Below, piece by piece: positions 52,655 through 62,887 of a stretch of DNA of 64,000 nucleotides. Every line of letters begins with the position of its first letter. Position 1 is the stretch's first letter. Under the pieces are notes generated by a model. That model saw only the letters and a list, made by a program, of their open reading frames with translations, did not search any database and was not told the DNA's origin. The stretch lies in assembly GCA_963826715.1 (NCBI GenBank), contig CAWGYA010000007.1, positions 1 to 64,000 on the forward strand. Reading direction: 5' to 3'. The translations under genes were made by a program, and so were the position numbers. The DNA comes from Candidatus Bathyarchaeota archaeon (GTDB taxonomy: Archaea; Thermoproteota; Bathyarchaeia; Bathyarchaeales; Bathycorpusculaceae).

Positions 52655-53500
52655 ATGGCCAAGATAAAATTATTATTTGTAATTATAACGGTGATTATGA
52701 TTTTTTCGTTGACATTTAATGCCTATCAATGGAGCACCAATCTCTCCCTGACCGGTCAAAGTGAAAAAGAGTTGATGGCTACAATTTTAATTCACGATGC
52801 ATCAAGCATAAATTTAGAACTCCAAAATCTAGATGACCTACTTTCAGAAACATGCCAAAAACTATCAGTCACCGGTTTAACTGGAACTGCAGCCGAAAAC
52901 ATATTGAATGACCTTTACACTCAACAGTCAAATGTTATCGTTAATGCAGCTACAGCAGATAAAAATGACATTTTACTTGCTGTCGAACCTAGCAATTACA
53001 GTAATATTATCGGCCAGGACATAAAGAACCAAGAGCAAAACATTGAAATGCACAAAACAATGCGCCCTGCAGTGAGTAACCTGATCCATCTGGTAGAAGG
53101 TTTCCCCGGCATAGTTATGGTTGCGCCAGTTTTCAATACCGGTGGACAATTTATTGGTTCTCTCAGCATCGTCTTCTTACCTTACGAACTTATTCACCCG
53201 ATCGTTGAAGATACAGTACAGGGCATTTATACAATCTACGCACTACAAAGCAACGGTACACTAATTTACGATGCGGGTATCGAACAAGGCAAAAACATTT
53301 TCACCGATGAAGAATATCAGGGTTATACTGAATTGCAAACATTCATTCATCAAGTTGTTGATACGCAATCAGGCTATGGCAAGTATAGTTACTTTGATGA
53401 CCTTGCACCTTCAAGACCTCTAGTTAACAAGGAAGCTTACTGGACAACTATTGGCATCTATAATACAGATTGGCGTTTGGTAATAGCTCACACACTTTAA
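52655..53500 (+). CDS. Stand-alone extracellular Cache-domain protein
   Basis: N-terminal TM segment, LVEGFPG...APV, GTLIYD, SGYGKY.Y and WRLV. No cytoplasmic output domain. Confidence 0.7.
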   Translation: MAKIKLLFVIITVIMIFSLTFNAYQWSTNLSLTGQSEKELMATILIHDASSINLELQNLDDLLSETCQKLSVTGLTGTAAENILNDLYTQQSNVIVNAATADKNDILLAVEPSNYSNIIGQDIKNQEQNIEMHKTMRPAVSNLIHLVEGFPGIVMVAPVFNTGGQFIGSLSIVFLPYELIHPIVEDTVQGIYTIYALQSNGTLIYDAGIEQGKNIFTDEEYQGYTELQTFIHQVVDTQSGYGKYSYFDDLAPSRPLVNKEAYWTTIGIYNTDWRLVIAHTL

Positions 53501-53667
53501 GCAATTACCTTACTTTTCTTTATTCTGACCTTTATTTTGTAAAATATTACTTCTATTTTATTGACAATCTAACACTTAATTGTCTATCAAAAGAAGATAG
53601 CTTTGAAAGACTATCCGCTTATAATTGTAGAACCTAAAAGGTGGCTACTAAAAGTATTTTGGCGTTT

Positions 53668-54030
53668 CTATTTTTTGAATTTGTGAGGCTCACCCAGTAT
53701 TGATAAATGAGAGAAAGTTGAGTCGTTTGTTGCGCCATGCCAATGCTCTTCATTAGGAGAGATATAAGCAATCATGCCTGGGGTCACTATATTCTCCTCA
53801 TTTTTCGTAGCTACAATTCCTTTTCCTTCGGTAACGATTAAAATTTGCTCAGTTATATGAGTATGAAGCTTGTTGCGAGCTCCAGGGGCAAAATTAACCA
53901 TAATAACCTGAACTTTATCACCTTTATGAGCTTCTTCGAGGATAGATTGAATAGTCACTTTTCCACCAAAAAACAAAGGATCCATTGATACTTCGCGCAT
54001 ATCTACTTGATTGACATTAATTATTTTCAT
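53668..54030 (-). CDS. Cupin domain protein
   Basis: F.PGARN..HTH..EQIL.VT.G.G and EEHWHGA. Confidence 0.88.
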   Translation of the reverse strand: MKIINVNQVDMREVSMDPLFFGGKVTIQSILEEAHKGDKVQVIMVNFAPGARNKLHTHITEQILIVTEGKGIVATKNEENIVTPGMIAYISPNEEHWHGATNDSTFSHLSILGEPHKFKK

Positions 54031-54258
54031 TAAATCACCACTTTATTGATGACTAAAGATTTATATGAACTATATCCTGTTCATAAAAAGTAGCAAGCAC
54101 TCAAACAAAATTGTAATTGCTGATTCTGGGCTAAAGTTAATCTAACACTTTACACGCAAAACAAATTTTGAAGCGGCTACACGCCACTATTTTTGAGACC
54201 ATGCTGGCCAATTACAGAGATTCTCACCGATTAATAGTAGCTATCAAGCTTCGTCTTT

Positions 54259-54287
54259 TGAAACGCTTGTTCCATAATGTCCCTTAA
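54259..54287 (+). promoter_or_regulatory. Palindromic site TGAAAC-N4-GTT(T/C)CA, 9 bp upstream of a TATA box (site 1)
   Basis: TGAAACGCTTGTTCCA taatgtccc TTAA. Confidence 0.75.
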
Positions 54288-54335
54288 ATCAAACACCCTC
54301 AAATGGTTCTCATGTTCAAAAATGGAGGAATAAAC

Positions 54336-54554
54336 ATGAAAAAAATTGGAATAGCTATATTGGTTTTACTTTTTGCAAGCATGGCTTGCGGAATCGCATC
54401 AGCAAACAACGCTGTAGGACCCGCACCTAATTCTGGTGATTGCATCCCAGACGGTAGTGGATTTGACCAGCCTAATCGACAAAACCAGGATACCATTGGA
54501 ATGGGACCAGCACCTAACTCAGGTGATGGCGTCCCAGACGGCAGTGGATTCTAA
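54336..54554 (+). CDS. Small secreted peptide with a duplicated GPAPNSGDxxPDGSGF motif
   Basis: GGAGG RBS, signal peptide and two 16-aa repeats. Confidence 0.75.
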   Translation: MKKIGIAILVLLFASMACGIASANNAVGPAPNSGDCIPDGSGFDQPNRQNQDTIGMGPAPNSGDGVPDGSGF

Positions 54555-54620
54555 AGAAACCACGCATAGTTATCACCCCAAATTATCTCCCTTTTTCATT
54601 TTTTGAATAATGCCTAAGGA

Positions 54621-54649
54621 TGAAACGCTCGTTTCAAAATATTCCTTAA
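54621..54649 (+). promoter_or_regulatory. Palindromic site (site 2) + TATA box
   Basis: TGAAACGCTCGTTTCA aaatattcc TTAA. Confidence 0.78.
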
Positions 54650-54656
54650 CTATCGG

Positions 54657-55762
54657 ATGCACCATACAATCATAGTGATTAAAATGACCAAAAGCAAAGC
54701 CATTGCGCTCTCTATGCTGTTTCTTCTTATGTCCTCAATGTTACCTGCAATTCTCTTAGTCAACGGTCAAGTGAACATAACTGTCGAAGAAGACTTGGTC
54801 AAATTAGCTGAACAAGCTGGAAACCAAATCCAAAACCTCATTGCAGAAGTTTATGCAGATGAAAACGCGACAGCAAAAATACAAAATGCCAGTCTTACTC
54901 AACAATTCGAAGGCAACGTAACATTATATGAAAATGATGGATTAAACCAACTAATAACTGCTAAAGAGGCTTTGGTAAAATCAAACTATGATATTGCCGC
55001 TGATTCCGCCCTAAATGCCTTAGCAATTTTCAGAGACGTTTACAGTTCTTTTCAAGGGATTTTGAAAACAGTTGGGCTGGAAAACACCCTTTCAATAAAT
55101 AATCAAGGCTTAATGGATGCCATAAACCGAGAACTCCAGCGGTTAAATACCTTCCAAAATCTCCTATTATCGAATGCAACCCAAAAGACTTTCACCCAAA
55201 TTGAAGCTGCCAACAACACCTTACTTCAAGCTAAAGCAGCACTCCAAGAGGGTAAATACGCTGAAGCTCAAACCCTCTATCTTAAAGCAAGAGAAAATAT
55301 AACCCAAATCTATCAATACCTAAAAACTCAAGCCGAAGAATCAAACATATGGAGACTCAGCGGATACTGTGAAAGAACTCAACAAAGAATTCAAGAAAGA
55401 TTCAGATATGGAAACCAAAACGGCATAGACTTCACCGGAGCCATTCATTCTCTTGGGTACCAAAGCGAGAGTCAATTCATGCAAGCACTGCAAAATAGGA
55501 TACAGAGTGCCCAATCACAATCAGACATTAAAAACGCCATACAAGAATGCCTAACCATCGACCAGATGGTACAACAGATGGAACAAACACTAAACAAAGA
55601 AATCAACAGCCAACAAGGACCTAATCCGTCAAATCGAAATGGGGGAATGGCTCAGATAATGGTGCAGGTGGTGGTGGTACAACAGGAGACAACAGCACCA
55701 ATAATAGCGGCAATAGTGGATACAGCGACAACGGAAACTGCGGTCAAAGCGGCAACAACTAA
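54657..55762 (+). CDS. Secreted helical (Gln/Ala-rich) protein with Gly/Asn tail; frameshift near 55641
   Basis: Signal peptide. The shifted frame gives GNGSDNGAGGGGTTGDNSTNNSG...NN-stop at 55762, which removes the overlap with the convergent gene. Confidence 0.7.
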
Positions 55763-55776
55763 AAAACCTTTTTTCC

Positions 55777-56667
55777 TTACTTTTTGAGTATAACTTGGTT
55801 CTCGAGACCAATCTTTTTTACTTCAACAATCTCAAGTTTCTCAAGACGCTTAATCAACCGCCAAAGACTAGTCCGTGGCATATCTGGAAACCGTTCTCGA
55901 ATTTCAGCTTCAAAGACCTTGCCGTCTTTTTCAGCTAAGAACTCAAGCACAGCCCTATCCTCTTTCATTAGCTGCGGATTTGCATTCAATGCCTTCTTAA
56001 TATTAGGTCTACGTTTCCTCTTAAAGACTAAAAAGCCAAAAACGATAGTTACTATCAAGACAACAATGAGCGCAATCAGATAAGTTATTGGAATCATTCC
56101 TGAACCTTGAGAAAAATCAGTAGGGCTTAGGTTATTTTCATCTCCTGAAATCAACTGTAAAATATAGCCAATTTCCCATTGACCAGAGCCTAAGGACAAA
56201 GAAAGTGGAGTGGTTGTATCTATTTTATTTGGCGTACCGCTCAAGTAGACGATGGTTGAATTAATTGGAAAACACACATCCAAACTGTATGGAGTATCAA
56301 GGAGCAGGGTCCATACCTCGTTTTCTTTACTCGTAAGGGTATTTACATCGTAGGTAACCTCAACTTGAGTGGCGCCCAAGGAGTAAATAACCAAATTCTT
56401 ATCACTAAACTCGTAATCAACTGTCAATTGGTCTTTATCGACAACAACCAAGTTTTCTACTTTATCCGAAACCAAAGTCACTGACGCTTGAGGAGAAAGC
56501 TCACCTATCGCCAGTTTTTGCTCAACATGCACTAAGCCGTCTCGGTAAACGCTTAGATTGGTTGAGGAAATGCTAACGGTGGATTGAACCGCAGCAGAGT
56601 AAACCAGTAGCAAGGCTACCAAAACAATAATCACTATTACTCCTAAACGCCAGCTATGCTGCCTCAT
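55777..56667 (-). CDS. Membrane-anchored transcriptional regulator: extracellular domain, TM, cytoplasmic wHTH (COG2512-like)
   Basis: Signal peptide, beta-rich domain, TM + KRKRR, then EDRAVLEFL....G...EAEIR..F..MPRTSLWRLIKRLE...IVEVKKIG. Confidence 0.8.
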   Translation of the reverse strand: MRQHSWRLGVIVIIVLVALLLVYSAAVQSTVSISSTNLSVYRDGLVHVEQKLAIGELSPQASVTLVSDKVENLVVVDKDQLTVDYEFSDKNLVIYSLGATQVEVTYDVNTLTSKENEVWTLLLDTPYSLDVCFPINSTIVYLSGTPNKIDTTTPLSLSLGSGQWEIGYILQLISGDENNLSPTDFSQGSGMIPITYLIALIVVLIVTIVFGFLVFKRKRRPNIKKALNANPQLMKEDRAVLEFLAEKDGKVFEAEIRERFPDMPRTSLWRLIKRLEKLEIVEVKKIGLENQVILKK

Positions 56668-56799
56668 GGGCGGTTCACAATAAAGTCAACTGATTGCAAA
56701 ATAAGTTTTATGCACATAACCTACCAAGGCATTGACATTTCGAACCTATGAATATTGTTAAGGATCATTCTCCATGAAGAAAACGCCTCTTTTCAGACT

Positions 56800-56828
56800 T
56801 GAAACGCTTGTTTCACAGTGTCCCTTAA
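56800..56828 (+). promoter_or_regulatory. Palindromic site (site 3) + TATA box
   Basis: TGAAACGCTTGTTTCA cagtgtccc TTAA. Confidence 0.78.
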
Positions 56829-56866
56829 GTCGCACATCGTAATATACGCTTTTTAATGATGAACCA

Positions 56867-57736
56867 ATGAAAAACACAAAAATCAACCTAAACAAACTCA
56901 GCGCATTCCTAATTATCCTATTAATCTTTGTATTCATAGCCCCCTTATCCACGACAACGGCCAGCAACGGAAACGGGTCAAGCCAAGAAGACCAAATCGA
57001 TACAGCAAACAAAAGTACCAACAGCACTTCAACACCAAATACTGACTCAGATTCTAATCAAGGCACCAACGCCACTACATTAGCACCCAACATATCTAAT
57101 GACGTAAAACAATACAATCAAACAAACGTTACACCCAAAAATCAAACCGAACAAGTCATAGCACAAGAACAAACAATGTTCCAATACCGAAATATAACCA
57201 TAATAATGAACTGCACCCGCAACTGCACAGTAACTTTCACAGCTGGCGAAGAAGTAACACCTAAAATTTTCGGTCTATCTGTAAACCCAAACCAGACCAT
57301 GACACTCGTTATGAACCTGACAAAATCGCCACTTAACGGAGCTATGGTCAACGAAAGATGCCTAAACTTCTACTTAGGCATAGAACCAGATGCCACTTTA
57401 GAACTCCAAGCACAAATAAGACTATACATAAACCAGACTGAACTCAGCCAAAGCATGAACCAAGAAATTAACGCTTCAAGATTGAGCTGGATATACTGGA
57501 ACCAGACAACAGCACAATGGGAAGCAGTTGAAAGCTACATGGACCACGGATATTTGGTATGCAATACAGACCACTTCTCAACTTGGACAATCGCTGAAAT
57601 AGAGCAATCAACAAAAGACGAAACAACACCAGGCACTCAAAACAATGCTTTCCCAATTGAATACGTCACTATAGGTGTAGTGGTTGCATTAGGAATCACA
57701 GCGCTGGGACTTGTTGCCTATAGAAAGCGTAAATAG
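56867..57736 (+). CDS. Secreted/surface glycoprotein with C-terminal TM anchor
   Basis: Signal peptide, many NxS/T sequons, YWN....W...TDHFS.W, then FPIEY + TM + RKRK. Confidence 0.8.
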   Translation: MKNTKINLNKLSAFLIILLIFVFIAPLSTTTASNGNGSSQEDQIDTANKSTNSTSTPNTDSDSNQGTNATTLAPNISNDVKQYNQTNVTPKNQTEQVIAQEQTMFQYRNITIIMNCTRNCTVTFTAGEEVTPKIFGLSVNPNQTMTLVMNLTKSPLNGAMVNERCLNFYLGIEPDATLELQAQIRLYINQTELSQSMNQEINASRLSWIYWNQTTAQWEAVESYMDHGYLVCNTDHFSTWTIAEIEQSTKDETTPGTQNNAFPIEYVTIGVVVALGITALGLVAYRKRK

Positions 57737-58264
57737 GCAAAAATTCTTTTTTTATTATCAGCAAATCAATTATTTCAAACTTTTATTCAAAAAATTCCAC
57801 CGAGAAAGAAAATAGATTTTAAAAAATACGTTTCTGTCAAAGACGGTTTCCATTTAAGGGCAATTTTGAATTTGCAGTTTGTATATAATTGAATCTGGTC
57901 TTGAAAATAATCTGGTAGGCGCAAAACAAAAAACATAACTATCAAACATATTTCAAACCAGTGCACGAATATATCAGGTTACGTAATAACTGCATATATT
58001 TAACCGCACATTATTGCTTTATTGAAAGCGCCCATGCCGTGCAAGCTAAAGAAAGACGAAGGGAGAAAATGCAAATGAACAATATTTATCAACAGAAAAA
58101 ACTGTCGTCAACTATCATAGTGAGCTTTCTCATATTAGCGTAGGCGTCCACAATGGCGGCCTAAATTTTCATCGTTATAATTTCGCTTAAATTGCTTCGC
58201 AGCAATTCTCCTCTTTCTTACTTCTTTGAAAGCAAGTTTGGTTAGGAGCAAATTAAGGAGAATT

Positions 58265-58855
58265 TTGAGGAAAATTACCGCTGTATTATTTGTAACTCTT
58301 GACAGTGTTATACAGGCACCAGGCGGCCCCGAGGAAGATACCTCGGGCGATTTTAAATTCGGCGGTGGGCATTTGCCTATTTTGATGATTTACTTGGCAA
58401 GTCATGAGTGAACAGATGAAGCATCCTTTCAATCTGTTGATAGGGAGACGAACCTTTGAAATTTTTGTGTTATATTGGTCGCAGCATGCTGCTGATTGGT
58501 CGGGTATCAATGAAGCAACAAAGTATGTCATTTCTAAGCCCTGACAACGAGTGAGTGGGAAAACTCGGTGTTCGTTGTGGGTGATGTTGTGGAGGAAATC
58601 AAAAAGCTAAAAAAGCAAGATGGACTTGATTTGCAAGTTTATGGCAGCAGTCAGCTTATTCAAATGCTCCTAAAATATGATCTTATAGATGAATTGTGGC
58701 TGAAAATATCTTCTATTACCCTGGGGCCGGCAAGAGGCTTTTGGTGATGGCACAATGCCTGTTGCGTTTAAACTAACCGATAATAAGTTTTCGTCTAAGG
58801 TTGTAATTGTTGTAGACTATAACACTTAGGTGAAGTTAAAACTGACTCTTTTTGA
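58265..58855 (+). pseudogene. Dihydrofolate reductase/RibD C-terminal family pseudogene
   Basis: Fragments FVTLDSVIQAPGGPEED, GRRTFE, DLQVYGS..LIQ.LL..DLIDE and KRLFG are spread over several frames. Confidence 0.85.
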
Positions 58856-58962
58856 GAATAGAAAATCAAATAAATTAACCTCTAAAGAGAAATTTGAGAA
58901 ATAAACCAGCTCGCATTGATGCCTTTTTATTGAATTATTAAAACCTTTAGTGATTGATGCCA

Positions 58963-58981
58963 CACAGTCACATGAGCTTAA
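58963..58981 (+). promoter_or_regulatory. CACAGTCACA-N5-TTAA promoter motif
   Basis: Identical 10-mer and spacing to 47621-47640. Confidence 0.55.
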
Positions 58982-59006
58982 AGACTGCCTAATCTAAATA
59001 TTTAAT

Positions 59007-60221
59007 GTGATTTTTTTGGAAAAATATGATCTGAGAACTCGCACTATGACTAGTGTTAAAGAGGTCTCTTATGTAAGCACTTTTCCGCCAAAAAAATGCG
59101 GTATTGCAACCTTCACATCTGACCTAGTCAATTCGATTAATCAACTAAAGACTCTGAAGGCTCAAAGGATTATTTCTATTGATGGCGGTCGGCTCTTAAA
59201 ATCTGCTGATGAGAGTTCTGGGTACACGATTGGTCGCGACTTCGTTGAAGACTACGTTTTGATGGCTGATTTCCTCAATCATTCCTCAGTCAATGTTGTA
59301 AATATTCAACATGAATTTGGCATTTTTGGCGGAGACTCCGGAGAATACATTTGCGCATTTTTAGATAAATTAAAACGGCCTGTGGCAACGACGCTTCATA
59401 CGGTGCTTCCTAACTTTGAGAATAAAACAAAAGAAGTCTTTAACAGAGTTGTTGAACAAAGCACAAATCTAATAGTGTTAAATGAAACCACACGTGCATT
59501 GGTTAAACAATACGGTGTTTCCTCAAAAAAAGTAAAGGTGATTCCCCATGGATGTCCTGATTTGCCAATGGTGTCAAGCGCAAAAGTTAAGCCTGTTTTG
59601 GGGTTAAAAAACAAAGTTGTTTTGTCCACTTTTGGGTTGCTAAGCAAAGGGAAAGGTATCGAACATGTTATTCAAGCTCTTCCAGAGATTATTAAAAGAG
59701 AATCCAGAATTGTTTATAACATAATCGGAGTAACGCATCCTAAAGTCAAGAGAGCTGAAGGAGAAAACTACAGAAAAGGACTCTTGAAAATGGCAAAAAA
59801 CCTCGGAGTCAGTGAGCACGTAAAATTCCACAACCGATTTCTCTCAAAACCTGAACTCTGCAATTACCTTCAGGCAACAGACGTGTACATTACACCTTAT
59901 CCTTCACCTAATCAAGTAAGCAGTGGTACATTATCTTACGCTTTAGCTGCAGGAAAAGCGGTGGTTTCTACACCTTACCTTCATGCAAAAGAAGCCTTAG
60001 CTGAAGGTCGAGGTTTATTATGCAATTTTAACGATTCAGCTTCTATAGCGGAAAAAGTAACAGAAATAGTTGAAAATAAATCCCTCCGAAGATCTATGGA
60101 ACAGAATGCATATAATTACAGCAGAAAATTCATATGGCCGTTGGTAGCTGGAAAATACCTTGCTGTCTTTGACGAAATGACTAAAAATTCGGCAAAGGAA
60201 GAACATTCATTCGCTTTTTAG
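59007..60221 (+). CDS. GT4-family glycosyltransferase
   Basis: Motifs PPKKCGIATF, IQHEFGIFGG, FGLLS.GKG.E and SSGTLSYA..AGK.VVSTPY. Confidence 0.92.
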   Translation: MIFLEKYDLRTRTMTSVKEVSYVSTFPPKKCGIATFTSDLVNSINQLKTLKAQRIISIDGGRLLKSADESSGYTIGRDFVEDYVLMADFLNHSSVNVVNIQHEFGIFGGDSGEYICAFLDKLKRPVATTLHTVLPNFENKTKEVFNRVVEQSTNLIVLNETTRALVKQYGVSSKKVKVIPHGCPDLPMVSSAKVKPVLGLKNKVVLSTFGLLSKGKGIEHVIQALPEIIKRESRIVYNIIGVTHPKVKRAEGENYRKGLLKMAKNLGVSEHVKFHNRFLSKPELCNYLQATDVYITPYPSPNQVSSGTLSYALAAGKAVVSTPYLHAKEALAEGRGLLCNFNDSASIAEKVTEIVENKSLRRSMEQNAYNYSRKFIWPLVAGKYLAVFDEMTKNSAKEEHSFAF

Positions 60222-60321
60222 CTGGAGGTTAAAATATGGCTTATCTGATTATATTAGTTCAACCAGAGCTATTATAAACAATAATTGAATGCAAACCATG
60301 CCTTTTTTTAGAATACCGCAC

Positions 60322-60558
60322 TTAAAATATAGAATGCACATAAAGAGACAAATATTGCGCAAATCCCAAATTAACTTTTGCCTCTATCTGGCGTTTTAGG
60401 CTTTTTTGGTTTGAACGCTTTTCAGTCGGTTTTGTTTTGACGGGTGGAGTGTTTGGTGGATGACCTGGAGGCAAGTCAGGAGAAGGTGCTGGTGGCGGCG
60501 GGGTTCCTCTTTTTGGTTTATTGGGTTTTTTTGAATAAGGAAAATCTGATTCAGTCAT
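60322..60558 (-). CDS. Small Pro/Lys-rich hypothetical protein
   Basis: ATG start with a promoter motif at 60593-60611. The C-terminus is uncertain. Confidence 0.45.
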   Translation of the reverse strand: MTESDFPYSKKPNKPKRGTPPPPAPSPDLPPGHPPNTPPVKTKPTEKRSNQKSLKRQIEAKVNLGFAQYLSLYVHSIF

Positions 60559-60668
60559 AATGCATCAGAAAAAACAATTACTTGCCCTCTTGTTAAGCTC
60601 TTGTGATTGCGTATGCACGACAACATATGCATATGAACTCCTTCACAAGATAATTTGTGTGAAGTTTT

Positions 60669-60851
60669 ATGATAGATAATGATGAATTGAAAGGTAAGGC
60701 TAAGAAAGTTAAAGGCAAAATAAGGGAAGGCGCTGGCAAGCTAACAGGCGATACAGGGGAAGAACTTGATGGCAAGATAGAACTGGTGGAAGGCGAAATT
60801 CAGGAAAAAGTTGGTCAAGTAAAAAAGAAAGTCAAAAAAACGATGGCTTGA
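60669..60851 (+). CDS. csbD: CsbD-like general stress protein
   Basis: DELKGKAKKVKGKIREGAGKLTGD...GK...GEIQEKVG. Confidence 0.88.
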   Translation: MIDNDELKGKAKKVKGKIREGAGKLTGDTGEELDGKIELVEGEIQEKVGQVKKKVKKTMA

Positions 60852-60866
60852 TTTGGGGACTATTTT

Positions 60867-61177
60867 ATGACAAGCCAAACAAAATTGGAAAACGAGAAAA
60901 TTGTGGGGACTAATTGTTATAACTGCAAATATATTGGGAAAACAATGCTGTTTGATCCAAACGAACTAAACAAAGAGGGCGGCATTGATCCCAAAAAAAA
61001 GATGAACTGAAAAAAGCTGAAAAAACCGATTTAATTACCCTTCCAGGCGGAGATAAATTCGATTCAAAAAACAAAGCATTATGTGGTTATCCCCAAGTGA
61101 AAATGTATGTTACGTCTCGCATGTGTTGCGCTTTTTGTGATAATGCCCGAGTGAGAAGACCCTGGAAACAAAGCTAA
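60867..61177 (+). pseudogene. Cys-containing hypothetical protein frameshifted in an A8 run
   Basis: GTNCYNCKY...IDPKK, a frameshift at 60993-61000, then DELKKAEKTDLITLPG...LC..P....V..RMCCAF.D. Confidence 0.55.
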
Positions 61178-61304
61178 ACACCAATCAATCTAAGTAAGGT
61201 TAAGCATCATAAATATAATTTGACTTCTATTTGCGACTTTTTAGACTTTTTACCATCAGTTTTTTCTCCAGGAAAATATTTAATCCGAGTCGATAATCAT
61301 CTAG

Positions 61305-61508
61305 CTAACGGTAAAAAAATGAAGGGGCTATTCTTTCTTTGGTGGAACCTGGCTCCCTTTTTTCGAGCTTCAGAAAGTCCAATTGCAACTGCCTCTTCTT
61401 ACTTTTCAGTGTTTTTCTGCTTCCGCCACTTTTTAGTTGACCCTGCTTCATTTTGTGCATTGCCTTTTCCACTGATTCCTGGACCGCCTCACTGTATTTT
61501 CTTGTCAT
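61305..61508 (-). pseudogene. DUF6496-like small basic protein, frameshifted
   Basis: KYS...VEKAMH.MKQG.LKSG, with AIAIGLSEARKKG continuing in another frame. Confidence 0.65.
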
Positions 61509-61596
61509 TTTTCCAATTCACCTCCAAAAATGATTATTAATTTAAAAAATTAAAGCGTCCAAAAAAATTGAAAAGGGGTAGTGTAAACTGATTGTG

Positions 61597-61926
61597 TTAT
61601 GCTTTTTTTGATAGCGTAGTAATCAGACCAAATATTCCGCCGAGAAGAACTAACAACCCGCCTATTCCGCCGCCAATAAGTCCAACAATTATCAATATGA
61701 TGGCCCAAACAAGAGTACTTGCACTTCTCGCACCGATAACTGCAATTACTCCCATGATTAAAGTAACGATTCCGCCATAAGCAAAGCCAAAGCCCCAGCC
61801 AAAATAGAAACGACCGAAAGATCCAAAGATACTTAGCAATCCCAAAAGAACCATCAGAATACCACCTATAAGCGCCAAATAGTAAGCTATGGTTGAAACA
61901 GAAGTTGAAGACATGTTGCATTTCAC
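61597..61926 (-). CDS. Small Gly-rich membrane protein
   Basis: Four hydrophobic helices. A GGAGGTGA RBS suggests a start at 61914. Confidence 0.7.
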   Translation of the reverse strand: MKCNMSSTSVSTIAYYLALIGGILMVLLGLLSIFGSFGRFYFGWGFGFAYGGIVTLIMGVIAVIGARSASTLVWAIILIIVGLIGGGIGGLLVLLGGIFGLITTLSKKA

Positions 61927-62258
61927 CTCCTAGTTTTCGTCTTTCATAATTCAACGATGTAATCTTCATTGGTTGTGAACATTTAATGTTCCTTTAGGTT
62001 TTGCCGATTGATATTACCAGCCGTAGGCGAGCGCGAAGATTGCCACGATTATTATGATTATTCCCAAAGGAATATCATAGCCTGTTGGAATGAACTCGAC
62101 AAAACCTAACATCACGATAATGCCCAAGAAGACTATTATGACTGCCAATATGCCAAAGTAGTATGCCGCCGAGGAAGCTTACAAATCCCATTTTTATCAT
62201 CTCAAGTTTGACTTGTTCGTTTTAACATCTGCAGACCTTAATCATTCGCTTTCAGAGA

Positions 62259-62546
62259 CTAATCTTCGTGTACTTCTTCATGCACGACTTCGTGATGGCG
62301 ATGACGTCGTGTCATGTGCAAAAGGTCGCCTACTGCCACAGAAATCAATGCAACTACCAAGAAAGTAATGCCTGACCATAGCAAACTACCTGTCAAGAAG
62401 AAAACCAATATCGCCGCAAGTGCTGCAATTGGGAACGCGAACAAAAAGCCGATGACAACTATTGCAATCAATGCGATTATGAGAAGAACTATTAGTAGCC
62501 ACCAAAAGCTGGGGTCTGTTGGAATTAGTATTTGAAATGCAAACAA
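62259..62546 (-). CDS. Small membrane protein with His-rich tail
   Basis: Three TM segments, then RRHRHHEVVHEEVHED. Confidence 0.6.
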   Translation of the reverse strand: MFAFQILIPTDPSFWWLLIVLLIIALIAIVVIGFLFAFPIAALAAILVFFLTGSLLWSGITFLVVALISVAVGDLLHMTRRHRHHEVVHEEVHED

Positions 62547-62887
62547 AATAATACCTAAATTGAATCTAGTTAGCTACCATATAAGTCCTTGTTATTGTAA
62601 CATAACAGTCACAAATTCAAGCAAATCGGAAAATCGTTATTTAATTTCTTTCAAAGTTACTTTAATTGAAACAAAATTGTCTTTTGGTGTTGTTATGTTG
62701 GCATATACGACGGCTTTTTTCATAATCTTCTAAGTGAGTAACTGTTAACTTGTTTTCTTCTTGCCAGTTAACCATAAAAAGATTAGGCCTCAACTCAGTA
62801 ATATTAACTAATAACTTCTGGATTTTACCTTTTTTATTGCAGTGATTTATATCCAGACATTTAGACGCACTCTTAATTCAATATCTA

